Below are positions 38,560-48,300 of a stretch of DNA of 64,000 bases, piece after piece. A program made the position numbers and the translations under genes. Location: the IMG/VR virus record IMGVR_UViG_3300020152_000002, positions 23,607 to 87,606 of that record. One strand, 5' to 3'. The stretch comes from a virus. The notes under the pieces were generated by a model. The model saw only the letters and a list, made by a program, of their open reading frames with translations, ran no database searches and was not told where the DNA came from. How positions within the stretch are numbered: position 1 is the stretch's first letter; each line of letters opens with the position of its first letter.

Positions 38560-39129
38560 TCACCGCGCCGCGAACCAGTCGGCGTAGGACATGTCCCGGT
38601 CGATCTGCTGGAACACCTTCGCGTAGATGAACTGATACAGGTGCTTTTGCAGCGTGACGCCGATGTCGTTGATCAGGTCTTCGACGCCGGTCAGTTCATC
38701 CACCTTGAAGTCGGTCGGAACGCGCGGCTGTTGACCGGGAACGCGCAGGCGGAAGACGAAGCCGCCGTTCTCCTTGATCAGATCGGCTTCGTTCTGGTGC
38801 CGCACGTCGTCGCAGATGATCAGCGCCTTGGACTGCCCCGCCATGACGAACTGTTGGAGCCACAGGTTTCCGTTCGTCAGGTCTCGGGCCACCTTGCCGA
38901 TGCCCTCCATGAACTGACGCGGCGACGCTCCGCAGAGCGCCGGGTGCGGCTGTTCCTTGAGGACGGGATCGCGCAGGACTTCCATCGGGACGCCGAGCAC
39001 GACCATGATCTCCCTGATCTTGTCGGCGAACGAGATGCAGGTGAACCCATGGCCCTGCGTGAAGTAGTGCGACAGCGTGGTCTTCCCGCTGCCGACGTAT
39101 CCGGCGATGCCGATGATCAGGCGCGACAT
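38560..39129 (-). CDS. deoxynucleoside monophosphate kinase
   Basis: IIGIAGYVGSGKTT, SFADKIR, SPRQFM, DDVRHQNEA. Confidence 0.9.
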   Translation of the reverse strand: MSRLIIGIAGYVGSGKTTLSHYFTQGHGFTCISFADKIREIMVVLGVPMEVLRDPVLKEQPHPALCGASPRQFMEGIGKVARDLTNGNLWLQQFVMAGQSKALIICDDVRHQNEADLIKENGGFVFRLRVPGQQPRVPTDFKVDELTGVEDLINDIGVTLQKHLYQFIYAKVFQQIDRDMSYADWFAAR

Positions 39130-39138
39130 GACGATCCC

Positions 39139-39486
39139 TTACGGCAGCGGAACTTCGACGGGCTTGTAAACTCCGTCTTTCCGGTCCCACTTGAGGACTT
39201 GCAGCCGGGGGCAGTCGGTCAGGCTGTAGACGACGATGGCGGCGAGACCGCACAGCACCGGATCGCCGCTGAACACGAGATAGTCCACTTCGGCGTTGAA
39301 CTCGGACAGCTTCTCGTTCAGCAAGTCCAGTTCGTCGCGGCCTTCCAGTTCCTCCATCTGCTTCTTCGTCGCAGGCAGCAAGAAGTGGACAGCGCCGTAG
39401 GGATACAGCGACGAGTAGTCGTGGCTGGCGTAGGTGCCATCCTTCTGCTTGTAGCGGCTTTCTTGGACGACGAATACTCGTGACAT
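39139..39486 (-). CDS. hypothetical phage protein
   Basis: VFVVQE...YG...F.L...DYLVFSGDP...VLKWDR...Y pattern. Confidence 0.75.
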   Translation of the reverse strand: MSRVFVVQESRYKQKDGTYASHDYSSLYPYGAVHFLLPATKKQMEELEGRDELDLLNEKLSEFNAEVDYLVFSGDPVLCGLAAIVVYSLTDCPRLQVLKWDRKDGVYKPVEVPLP

Positions 39487-40949
39487 TAGACGTATGACTC
39501 CTGTAGCAGTCGCTTCAACTCGACGAGGCCCGTGCCTGCGATCAGGTCTGCTACGTTGATCTTGTTTGAGAGAGCGTTGAGGATGTAGCTGTCGATGCTA
39601 TTCAAGCCGATGATGTCGATTAGGTCAACGGGGAGCTTGCCGATTTGGGTGCCCCGCTCGCTCGCCTGATCGCGCTGGATCAGGTCGAAGGTGTGCGACC
39701 CCCAAATGATCGTGTTGCAGAAGGACAGGTCGCCCCCGACGCCGCCGGACAGGGCATGGCCGAAGATGACCTTCTTGGTCTCGCTCCGGCCGAAGTCGTA
39801 GATCGTCTGGATATGGCTGCCCCCGGATTTGCCGTGGACTTCCGAGAACCCGATGTCGGCCGCCTCTAGCAGCTTCCGCATGACATCGAACTCGTAGTGG
39901 TATTGAAGCCATATGATGACCTTGCCCTGCGCCTTCTCGACTTCGTTCATTATCAGATTGAAGCGAGGGTTTTCTTCCGGCGGGACCAGTTCGATCAGCC
40001 CATCCGTCTTCGTGATCAGGAAGCCGCTGCCTACCTGCTGTAGCTTCTGGAAGAACACGCCGCCGTCAAGGATTTCACCGTCAAGGACGGGGTTCTCTTG
40101 CAGCGTGTCGTAGACCTTCTGCTGCTTGTCCGTCATCTCGAACAAGCGTTCGATGTTCAGGGGCTTGTGAAGCTCCGGGACATCTTCACGACGCAGCACG
40201 GTAGTCCACTTCTCGATCCGTCGCGTCAGTTCTTCTTCGTTCTGCGGCCCGAGGAACTTCACATACGGACGGCCTGCCCGCGTCTTCGTAACTTCCCACA
40301 GACCGAAGTAGTTCTTGAACTCCTCATACGTCGTGAAGCCGAGCGCCCCCTTCTCAAGAAGCTCGAACTCGCTGTAGGCGTTCATCGGGTTGCCATGGAT
40401 CGGCGTCCCGGTCAGCAGCCGCTTATACTCGCACTTCGCCGACACGCCACGCGCGGTGATCGTCCGCTTTGATCCGGGCTTCTTGAAGTCGTGCGCCTCG
40501 TCGAAGATGACGAGGATGCGCCCGGCGTGGCGTTTGATGAAGGTGACGAGATAGGACTTCGCCGTCTCCGTCCGCAGCGCCGTCGAGTTGATGGACAGTA
40601 TCTTGAGATCGTCGCGGTTCAGGCACAGGTGTTGGAACTTCGCCAGCACCCCTTTCTGCTTGGCCTTGGCCGCCTTGTAGATCATCGCGTCGTAAGGCAC
40701 CGCCATGTGCGTCGGCAGTTCCTTGAGCACCCAGTTCTCGTGAACGGTGTTCGGGGCGATGATGATGACGCCCGTGATCTCGCCGATATGGTAGAGGAAG
40801 GCGGCCTCGTCGAGCGTGACCTTCGTCTTGCCTGTCCGCATGGTCCAGAAGCGCGCCCGCGCCTTGGCCGTGCGATACCGCATGAACTCGGTCTTCTGGT
40901 GGCCCCACGGTCGCGTTTTGAAGGGGAGTGGTCCGGGTCGCAGTTTCAC
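39486..40949 (-). CDS. SNF2-like superfamily 2 helicase
   Basis: MRTGKT, IFDEAH, LLTGTP, QASER; GTGA overlap with the polymerase stop. Confidence 0.9.
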   Translation of the reverse strand: MKLRPGPLPFKTRPWGHQKTEFMRYRTAKARARFWTMRTGKTKVTLDEAAFLYHIGEITGVIIIAPNTVHENWVLKELPTHMAVPYDAMIYKAAKAKQKGVLAKFQHLCLNRDDLKILSINSTALRTETAKSYLVTFIKRHAGRILVIFDEAHDFKKPGSKRTITARGVSAKCEYKRLLTGTPIHGNPMNAYSEFELLEKGALGFTTYEEFKNYFGLWEVTKTRAGRPYVKFLGPQNEEELTRRIEKWTTVLRREDVPELHKPLNIERLFEMTDKQQKVYDTLQENPVLDGEILDGGVFFQKLQQVGSGFLITKTDGLIELVPPEENPRFNLIMNEVEKAQGKVIIWLQYHYEFDVMRKLLEAADIGFSEVHGKSGGSHIQTIYDFGRSETKKVIFGHALSGGVGGDLSFCNTIIWGSHTFDLIQRDQASERGTQIGKLPVDLIDIIGLNSIDSYILNALSNKINVADLIAGTGLVELKRLLQESYV

Positions 40950-43060
40950 TTCCGATACCGCAAACCTTTCCAGCCTTCCGCCGTGATGGGGAAGCCTTCT
41001 GCCCACTTCGGCAGGATACACATTAGGGCCTCAAACTCGGCCACGTCGCCGAGCCCGATGGGGCATTGCGTGACCAGTTCGTCGTGAACCGTCAGCAGGA
41101 CTTGATACTTCGTGTGCTTATAGACGGTCCACATGGCGTAGCCCATCAGGTCGCGGCAAAGCGCCTGCACGATGTTCTCGACCAGCTTACCGCCGTAGGT
41201 CTTCGTCCGCTCCCACTTCTTCGTGACGCTATTGACTTCTTCATACGTCAGGACAGTCTTCATCTCTCCTTCGCGGAAGGGCGACGGTTCGCTCCGAAGC
41301 TCGGGATACGGGTAGGGGATGAGTCGGCCACTGGGGAGGCGGCAGAACAGGAACCGATTGGCGCGCTTGTAGGCGATCTTGTCGTTCACCCAAATCGTCT
41401 GTCCGGGGTTCATCATGGCTTCGATGGCTGCCCGCTCACAGGCATACCAGAAGTCCACGACCGGCTTGTGCTTCGTCCGGTATCCCGTCACAACGCGGTC
41501 AGCGAACTCAATGTCCATGACCAGATCGACCTTGGCGGACGCGAACGCCTTGTTGCCGTAGTCCACCATCTTGTTCTTGCCGAGACCGTAGCCGCAGCCA
41601 AGGATGCCGACCTTGCCGACCTGACGTTCCGGTCCAAACAGCGCCTTCGCTTCCTTGAGCGTTCGGCCGGACAGGAAGGACTTCCCATAGATGTCCTCCG
41701 CCATGTCCAGATAGATGTCGCGGTTCTTGTCGCGGAAGATGTCAAGCCCGCGCTGATGGTTGCACACCCAAAAGAGACCGCGCGCCTCAATGGCGTTGTA
41801 GTCGGCCGAAACCAACTCCATCCCCGGATCGGGCACGATGGCACCGCGCAGAGCCTCCGAAAACAACTGGAACAGATCGACGGCATCTTCGCCTTCGATC
41901 TGGAACTCGTCTTCAAGGTCTGTGATGTCGTCAGCGCCAAGGATGCGCTCGATGGTGGCTTCCATGTCTTTGATGGAGCCACGCGGTAGGTTCTGCGGCT
42001 GGAAGCCCGCCCCGGACCAGCGAGAAGTCCGGCTTGCCCCGGCGTAGACCAGCATGTCCCGGACCCGGTTCCCGGCCGTCAGGCGCTCCATGATCGCCTT
42101 GTATTTGGCGGTGGAGGCGCGGCCCGCCCGGCGGACCAGCTTGATCACCGCCAGCACATGCTCCGGGATGTCGTCGGGCATGGCGATCAGGGCGTCAAAC
42201 GTCGCGGCCTGCGTGTTGTCCAGTTCCAGACCGTTCGTGTTGAGCCATTCGAGAAGCGCCTGCCTGTTGGTCGCTTTCGGCACCTGCCCGTTGGTCCGCC
42301 GGTTGATCTCGGCGTTCGCGCTGTTCTTGAGATTTTCAAGGTGCGCGATGGCGGCCTCCACGAACGTCCGGTCAATCGGGAGCCCGTGTTCGTTGATGTC
42401 TTGGTCGATCTTCCAAAGCTCTTGTTCGAGCGGCATCAGATCGAGCAAGGAGTGCGAGAAGGCTTCTTCCGCGAGCACGTCTGTCTCGCAGTATTTGAAC
42501 AGGCGCAGGAACTCGTCGCGCGACCCCCACCACTCACGCGGATCGTTCTTCGACGGCTTACGCGGCTTGCACAGCTTCATCATCAGCTTGTGGCCTTCCT
42601 TGTCCTTCTGGACAGGAAGCCGCATGACGATACATGCCTTTTCGAGAGCGCGCGGAAGACCGTAACTGGATGCCTTGGCCGATGAACAGCGCCATTGGCT
42701 GCGTGGGATGTCAGGCCACAGATACTCTTTGATCATTATAGCGCGCCAGACCGCCTTCTCCATCATGGCGTTGTGCGCTTCGATCAGGCCGCCCGCTGCG
42801 ATCCACTCGAACAGTTCGGTCGGCTCCGGCGTGGGCTCAATCCCGAACTCCCGGTAGATGTCCGGTATCCACGTCTTGACCATTCCCTGCGGCCAATGGG
42901 GCAGCCGGTAGGACATGCACAGCGGTTGCGTGGAAGGGTCGGTAGCGTAGCGCCACGGGCCTACCTTGGGCAGGTTGATCCGGCTGCGCGTCTCGAAGTC
43001 GATGGTCGCGCGCGGCGGGTTGCCCTTCCCGGTGCCAGTGACCATCTCCTTCGTAATCAT
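40946..43060 (-). CDS. polA: DNA polymerase family A with 3'-5' exonuclease
   Basis: IDFETRS, AHNA, YCETDV; SADYNAIEAR; RQVGKVGILGCGYG; TVHDEL. Confidence 0.95.
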   Translation of the reverse strand: MITKEMVTGTGKGNPPRATIDFETRSRINLPKVGPWRYATDPSTQPLCMSYRLPHWPQGMVKTWIPDIYREFGIEPTPEPTELFEWIAAGGLIEAHNAMMEKAVWRAIMIKEYLWPDIPRSQWRCSSAKASSYGLPRALEKACIVMRLPVQKDKEGHKLMMKLCKPRKPSKNDPREWWGSRDEFLRLFKYCETDVLAEEAFSHSLLDLMPLEQELWKIDQDINEHGLPIDRTFVEAAIAHLENLKNSANAEINRRTNGQVPKATNRQALLEWLNTNGLELDNTQAATFDALIAMPDDIPEHVLAVIKLVRRAGRASTAKYKAIMERLTAGNRVRDMLVYAGASRTSRWSGAGFQPQNLPRGSIKDMEATIERILGADDITDLEDEFQIEGEDAVDLFQLFSEALRGAIVPDPGMELVSADYNAIEARGLFWVCNHQRGLDIFRDKNRDIYLDMAEDIYGKSFLSGRTLKEAKALFGPERQVGKVGILGCGYGLGKNKMVDYGNKAFASAKVDLVMDIEFADRVVTGYRTKHKPVVDFWYACERAAIEAMMNPGQTIWVNDKIAYKRANRFLFCRLPSGRLIPYPYPELRSEPSPFREGEMKTVLTYEEVNSVTKKWERTKTYGGKLVENIVQALCRDLMGYAMWTVYKHTKYQVLLTVHDELVTQCPIGLGDVAEFEALMCILPKWAEGFPITAEGWKGLRYRK

Positions 43061-43377
43061 CGCGGCGTAATGACCACCTGCGCGCCCGGCGCGACTTCCA
43101 GTCGCACGTTCCCGTCACGGGGCTCCACTTCGGCCACCGTGCCGCTGCCGACGTATTGCTCGCCTCGGAAGAAATCGGCCTTGCCCGGTTCTGTGGCGAC
43201 GATCCGATACAGGCCCGGCATCCGGGGGCGGCCGTCTTGGAACACCTGCACATGGCCCGTCCCGGCGACAGAGAGCGCCGTCCAGCGGCTTTCCGGGGCA
43301 CTGGCGCAGGCAGACAGGGCGAGGGCCGCGAGCGCGGCGCACATGCCGCCCAGCCTAGCGGATGTCGAACGGATCAT
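43057..43377 (-). CDS. small lipoprotein
   Basis: MIRSTSARLGGMCAALAALALSA-C lipobox; overlaps the polymerase start. Confidence 0.6.
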   Translation of the reverse strand: MIRSTSARLGGMCAALAALALSACASAPESRWTALSVAGTGHVQVFQDGRPRMPGLYRIVATEPGKADFFRGEQYVGSGTVAEVEPRDGNVRLEVAPGAQVVITPR

Positions 43378-43735
43378 CGTCTGTGACTCGATCACTGTAG
43401 TCGTCCTCCCTCGGCTCGTAGGTTTCACCGTCGAGATCGCGGCCGTCAAGCCGAAGCTCGATGTTGCCGACCGCGATGTCTTCCGCTTCCAACTCGGCCT
43501 GCGACTTCTTCATCCGCGCCAGCACCTTCTTGAGGACTGCCACGTCGAGCCCGTAGTCGCGGGCCTCATTCCAGATGTCTTTGAGATCGTCCTGCAACAG
43601 AGCGATCTCGGTCATCACCACCTTGGCCCGTTCGATGAACTCGATGGACTTCTCGATGGGGTCGAACGGCTCCCCTGTGAGTTCCTGCCCGCGCAGAAAG
43701 GACAGGCTCTCGTCGTCGAAGAAGCCGCGCGCCAT
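43355..43735 (-). CDS. gapR: GapR-like nucleoid protein (DUF2312)
   Basis: FIER...EIA.LQDDLKDIWNEA..YGLDV..LKKV...K. Confidence 0.8.
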   Translation of the reverse strand: MARGFFDDESLSFLRGQELTGEPFDPIEKSIEFIERAKVVMTEIALLQDDLKDIWNEARDYGLDVAVLKKVLARMKKSQAELEAEDIAVGNIELRLDGRDLDGETYEPREDDYSDRVTDDDPFDIR

Positions 43736-44275
43736 TTAACCCTCGAAGCCCTCGGGGGCGTGATACTGACGCCACGGTATCCACCGCCAGAACCGGGCAG
43801 GGTCCGTCTCGTTGTAGTCGTCGAACTTCCAGAAGCCCCAGTCGCGGGCCTTGGCGTTATCCCGTAGGACCAGCGTCACGACCCGGCGCGTATGCAGCTT
43901 CGTGATGAGGTGGGCGTGAGTGGCGGGACGATACCGGACACCCATCCAGCCGATACGATCCACGACGTATTCGCCGCTCGGCCGCACTCCGTCATGTCCG
44001 TCTTCGCGCTTCTCCATGACGTGAGAAGTCTCGGTATAGCCGCCGAACAGGATGATGGTCCAGAAGCTCCACGGATGGTCGTGGAACTCGCGGTCAGCGT
44101 CAGGACGGCCTAGAATGTGCAGGTAGAGCCTGCGCCACTTCCACCAGCCGAACGGCGTCAGGTGGAACCGGATCATGTAGGACGGCTTACCGCGACCGAT
44201 CACTTCCATGAAGGGTCGCCAGTGTCGCGTCGGGCTCTTGCCTGTCCGCTTTTCAGTGCCGGTTTGATAGGTCAT
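43736..44275 (-). CDS. cupin-fold hypothetical protein
   Basis: LHILGRPDADREFHDHPW.F.TIIL.GGY.E...H...WGFW. Confidence 0.75.
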   Translation of the reverse strand: MTYQTGTEKRTGKSPTRHWRPFMEVIGRGKPSYMIRFHLTPFGWWKWRRLYLHILGRPDADREFHDHPWSFWTIILFGGYTETSHVMEKREDGHDGVRPSGEYVVDRIGWMGVRYRPATHAHLITKLHTRRVVTLVLRDNAKARDWGFWKFDDYNETDPARFWRWIPWRQYHAPEGFEG

Positions 44276-44296
44276 GTGATGATGCTCGTGATTGAA

Positions 44297-44332
44297 GAAA
44301 AGCCCCGGCAGATCACTCCGCCGGGGCTCTCC
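44297..44332 (-). terminator. terminator after the SSB gene
   Basis: AGCCCCGGC/GCCGGGGCT with an A run on + (U tail on -). Confidence 0.65.
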
Positions 44333-44359
44333 TTCCGCGTGATGGCCCCGGAGAGAAGC

Positions 44360-44995
44360 CTACAGTTGGAACTCGTCGGCACCGTCGCCCGGCATGATGC
44401 CAGCGGCCGGGTCGTCGAACGCCATCTCGTCGGCGGTGAGATCGCCGAAGTCCTGCGCGATGGTCGGGCCGACGTTGCCGAAGGGCTGGCCGTCCGAAAT
44501 CTTCATCACGTTGTGCAGGTTGAAGCTGACGCCCTTGTTGCCGCTGTTCGAGTAGGCCCACGTCGAGACGGTGGCCCGGACGAAGCACCCGGCGTAGAGT
44601 TCCGACGCCGGGATTTCGACCTTGGCGACGTTCGCCAGACCCGGCTTGTATTGCGACGCGGCGCGGAAGAACTCGACGCCTTGGCCGTAGCCCGCCGTGT
44701 TCGGCTTCTCGATGCCGTTGCGGATCGGGTTGCGGAAGGTCGGCAGCAGGCGCTTCGTGGTCGGATCGAACGCGGTGTCGCCGAACTTCTCGCGCATCTG
44801 CATGGCGACCGCCATCTTGATCTTCTTCCACCGCTCCACGTCGGCGGGGGAGAAGTCGGCGGGGGTGAACAGCAGGGTGCAGTTGAAGGTCTCGGCCCCT
44901 TGGGAGCCTTCCATCTTCGACGGCTTGTCCAGCGAGGGGAACGACAACCGCGCCAGCGGGGTCGTGTAGATAACGGCTTGCTTGGTCTCGACCAC
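44360..44995 (-). CDS. single-stranded DNA-binding protein (DUF2815 / gp2.5-like)
   Basis: RLSFPSL..P; NPIRNG; LYAGCFVRA; Y.NSGNKGVSF.L.N; acidic tail. Confidence 0.88.
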   Translation of the reverse strand: MVETKQAVIYTTPLARLSFPSLDKPSKMEGSQGAETFNCTLLFTPADFSPADVERWKKIKMAVAMQMREKFGDTAFDPTTKRLLPTFRNPIRNGIEKPNTAGYGQGVEFFRAASQYKPGLANVAKVEIPASELYAGCFVRATVSTWAYSNSGNKGVSFNLHNVMKISDGQPFGNVGPTIAQDFGDLTADEMAFDDPAAGIMPGDGADEFQL

Positions 44996-45074
44996 AGCGC
45001 GCTCCTTGTAGCAATGACGCAGGGCGACGCCCCGCAGGATGATCACCGGGACGACGCCCCGGCCGATCAGGATG

Positions 45075-45446
45075 CTAGGACTCGCGGCTCACGGCGTCAA
45101 GGGCACGTTCGATGTTGGTCAGGTTCGGCATCTTGCCTTCGGCGAACACATGCCGCCAGAACTGCGGCACCCGCGTATAGTCGCCGGACCACTTCGCCTG
45201 AATGAGCACCTTGGCCGACGATCTGATGCGCTCGGGATCAAGCCCGGCGATCATGCAGATCGCCTCAAACTGCCCGTCTTCATCTTCCTCGATAAACCAT
45301 GCCTGCGCTTCGCGGACAGCTTCGGCGTGAGCTTTTTTGCTGGCAGGGATGTTCGTGAAACCCAGCGCATCACAGATAGCGCGAATGACGACGTGCCGCA
45401 TAGGGCTCCGCCAATCCTCCACAATGCTATCGCCCGGCTCCGACAT
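45075..45446 (-). CDS. small helical phage protein (possible regulator)
   Basis: VVIRAICDA...A.AWF.....F..IC..AGLDP..IR pattern; TTAACCAC just upstream. Confidence 0.65.
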   Translation of the reverse strand: MSEPGDSIVEDWRSPMRHVVIRAICDALGFTNIPASKKAHAEAVREAQAWFIEEDEDGQFEAICMIAGLDPERIRSSAKVLIQAKWSGDYTRVPQFWRHVFAEGKMPNLTNIERALDAVSRES

Positions 45447-45486
45447 TCAGCGTGGTTAACACGCCGTTGGCGATCCGACTAGAGGG

Positions 45487-46974
45487 CTACAGGATGTCGA
45501 ATGCGTCACCGGCCGCAGGCCCTTCGATCATCAGGTCCGAAGCGTCCAGATCACCGAAGGCGGTCATCGGAACTTCGGGCCTGTCATCGTCCAAGGGGGC
45601 CAGCGTGTAGGCTCCTTCCGGCTTATAGACGTGATCGCCCTGTTGCAGGATCGGTTCGATGATCCGCCAACGCTCTGCGCCCAGCTTCTTAAGCGCGGCC
45701 GACGACTTGAGCTTGAGATCGTAGATGTCGGTCGGCTTCAAGCCCGCCTTCATCAGGTCGTTCGCGGCGGCCTTCTCATCCCGATACTTTCGCTTCGTGT
45801 CCTTGCGGACGACTTTCTGACCCGGAGGGACGCGACCGGCGAGCGCCTGTTCGAGCGCGTATTCCTCCACCGCCTTGATCGTGCTCTCAAGGATGGGGAT
45901 GAACGCCATGAACCGGCCCAGCGTCTCGGGGTCGTTCGTGATGTTCTTGACAGCGGTTTCGACGATCTGCTGCGGCATTCCCAGTTCCTCGTCTGACAGG
46001 TCGTAATGATCGACCTTCGACATCTCCGTGAACTTCCCGGTGATCCGGGGGCACTTGATCTTGCCGGGGCAGAAGAAGCACCAGTCGCCGGTCTTGAGTT
46101 CGGCCTTCGGGTCTTCCGTCCGTTTGGCGGCGGCGATCAGTTCGTCCCGGTAGTCCACGAGGATTTCTTCGACCGGGTAGGTCGCGGCGCGCACAGGGCC
46201 GTCCCGGTGGCTCGCGCGAGGCTGGACGACGACCGTGACGACTTCGGCGGGCACCATGTCCTTGAGGACGCTCATCAGCGCCTCGCGCGTGACGGCGTGG
46301 AACTTGATCGCTTCGGTGGCGCATAGTTCGAGCAGCGCGCCCAGCCCGTAGTAGCGAAGCTGCGTGTTGTTCTTGATCTCGACGACCTTGCCGCGACCGT
46401 GCTTGTAGTCGATGACGATGAGACACTTGCCGGGCACGAAGATACAGACATCGTTCGTGCCGAACATGCCGGGGTAAACCATCCCTAGATCGAAGGACTT
46501 CTCGATCAGCAGTTGCGGCTCGACGCCGAACGTCTTCCGCGCCCAGTCGATATAGTAGTCCACCGTGTCCAGATATAGTTGGACAGCGCGAACGAACGCT
46601 TCGTCGATCTTGAACGCCGGGTTCTTCGCCCACAGCAGTTGACCGTCGTAGAAGATCGTCTGTTCACCGTCCGGTATCTCGGGCTCGGTCTCGAACAGTT
46701 CGCCGTCGAGATTGATCCACTGGCCCTCGAACACGTCGGCCGCCAAATCCTGCGCCAGACACAGTTCGCCGAGCGCGTGAGCGGCCGTCCCTTCCATGGC
46801 GTAGATGGACGACTTGTTCGGCATCCCCTTCGACATGGCGATGCTGCCGGGGCAGTTCATCCACCGCTCGGTGCCGGACGCGCCCAGCATCGAGTGCAGG
46901 CGCTCACCGGGGCCTAGCTCCGGCACGTCTACGATCTGGTCGCCGTAACCCTCCGGCAGGTAGATTTCGGTCAT
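45487..46974 (-). CDS. DUF2800 Cas4-like PD-(D/E)XK exonuclease
   Basis: HS.LGAS...RW.NCPGS; EGTAAH; FGTND; IDYKHG; NTQL.YY; WCFFC..K..C. Confidence 0.9.
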   Translation of the reverse strand: MTEIYLPEGYGDQIVDVPELGPGERLHSMLGASGTERWMNCPGSIAMSKGMPNKSSIYAMEGTAAHALGELCLAQDLAADVFEGQWINLDGELFETEPEIPDGEQTIFYDGQLLWAKNPAFKIDEAFVRAVQLYLDTVDYYIDWARKTFGVEPQLLIEKSFDLGMVYPGMFGTNDVCIFVPGKCLIVIDYKHGRGKVVEIKNNTQLRYYGLGALLELCATEAIKFHAVTREALMSVLKDMVPAEVVTVVVQPRASHRDGPVRAATYPVEEILVDYRDELIAAAKRTEDPKAELKTGDWCFFCPGKIKCPRITGKFTEMSKVDHYDLSDEELGMPQQIVETAVKNITNDPETLGRFMAFIPILESTIKAVEEYALEQALAGRVPPGQKVVRKDTKRKYRDEKAAANDLMKAGLKPTDIYDLKLKSSAALKKLGAERWRIIEPILQQGDHVYKPEGAYTLAPLDDDRPEVPMTAFGDLDASDLMIEGPAAGDAFDIL

Positions 46975-48215
46975 TTGCCCTGTGCCCTTACCAGCGTCAC
47001 GCGCTTGGCCGCCCTCGTGAGGCCGGTGTATAGCCACTCTTTGTAGTTGCTGCCCGTCCAGTCGTCTAGGACGACGACGCTATCCCACTGGCTGCCCTGC
47101 GACTTGTGGACCGTCATGGCGTAGCCATAGGTCATCACGAGCGCCTGCGGTGTGCCGGACAGCATGGGCGTCCAGTGCTTGTCGAACTGGGGACGGCCTT
47201 CGAGTAGCGGATTGAGATGGATGAGCGCCAAGAACGGCTTGATGCTCGGATCGTCGAGCGACTTGATATGCGCCCGGTAGAACTGGTTGCCCTTCGTGTC
47301 GGCGAAATGCTCGCACTTGAGGACTTCCCATTGAGAGCCGTTCATCACCCCGACTTCGTAGTTGTTCTGCAAGCAGATCAACTTCTCGCCGGGTTCGAGC
47401 ACCTTGACGCGGCCTTTGAGCTTCCGCAGCGCGTTGTTCACCTGCGTCCGCATCTTGTTCGTGCCGCAGAGAACTTGGTCGAACTCGGCGTATTCCGCCA
47501 GCGACATCTTATCGACGATGGCGCTGTCCCCCATCTTCCCGTAGGGCAGTCGGCCGCCGTTGCGGACGTGGGTGGCGAGGCGCAGGACCGGGCTCCCGGC
47601 CGCCTGCCGGTGGACCTGCGTAAGCTCGATGTCGGCCGTGTAGCCCGGCGGGAAGAAGAACCCGGTGCCCATGATCGGCGGAAGCTGGCAGGGGTCGCCC
47701 ACGGCGAGCACAGGGAAGCCGTAGGACAGGGTGTCCTCGCCCAAGAAGCGGTCCACCATGGACACTTCGTCGAGCCCGAACGCCGTGGACCCGTGGAACT
47801 CCGATCCCAGCCGCTTGACGAAGCCGGGCGTCTGCATCGCCAACCGCATCTGTTCGAGCTTCGCTTCCTGCGTCGCCCGATCTGCGGGGTTGGTCATCGT
47901 TTCCAGCTTGGCGAGTTCTTCGCGGTAGTGCTTCACCGACGCACCGCGAGGCTCGTAGATCGTCTTGTGAATGGTCTCCGCCCCGTCGCACCCCTTCGAC
48001 CGGAGCACCATGGCCGCCTTCCCGGCGAATGCCATGAACTGCAACCGGCGTGACGTGCGCTTCTTCACTTCCTTGAGGATCGTCGTCTTGCCGGTCCCGG
48101 CAGCGCCGATCATTCGCATCACCTGCTGCTTGCGATCATAGGCGTAGTTGTCCAGCCAGTTGACGATCTTCGTCACGGCGGCTTCTTGAACTGGATCGAG
48201 CGTGATGTCGGCCAA
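46971..48215 (-). CDS. RecD/Dda-like SF1B helicase
   Basis: GAAGTGKTT, TIHK, DEVSMV, GDPCQLPP, YAMTVHKSQGSQW, LYTGLTRA. Confidence 0.92.
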   Translation of the reverse strand: MADITLDPVQEAAVTKIVNWLDNYAYDRKQQVMRMIGAAGTGKTTILKEVKKRTSRRLQFMAFAGKAAMVLRSKGCDGAETIHKTIYEPRGASVKHYREELAKLETMTNPADRATQEAKLEQMRLAMQTPGFVKRLGSEFHGSTAFGLDEVSMVDRFLGEDTLSYGFPVLAVGDPCQLPPIMGTGFFFPPGYTADIELTQVHRQAAGSPVLRLATHVRNGGRLPYGKMGDSAIVDKMSLAEYAEFDQVLCGTNKMRTQVNNALRKLKGRVKVLEPGEKLICLQNNYEVGVMNGSQWEVLKCEHFADTKGNQFYRAHIKSLDDPSIKPFLALIHLNPLLEGRPQFDKHWTPMLSGTPQALVMTYGYAMTVHKSQGSQWDSVVVLDDWTGSNYKEWLYTGLTRAAKRVTLVRAQGK

Positions 48216-48247
48216 GGTGGCTCCGGCAGGGCATGTGAGAAAAGCGT

Positions 48248-48285
48248 GAGGCCCGCAACCTACGCTGCGGGCCTCCGTTGGTCAA
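48248..48285 (-). promoter_or_regulatory. sigma70-like promoter overlapping a terminator hairpin
   Basis: TTGACC-N17-TAGGTT on -; GAGGCCCGCA/TGCGGGCCTC. Confidence 0.6.
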
Positions 48286-48300
48286 CCGGGCAGGGCGCGA

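Noticed and set aside
45487-46974. Cas4-like nuclease as evidence of a CRISPR system
   Set aside because: No repeat-spacer array or other cas genes; the DUF2800 plus SSB plus PolA context is a standard phage replication module
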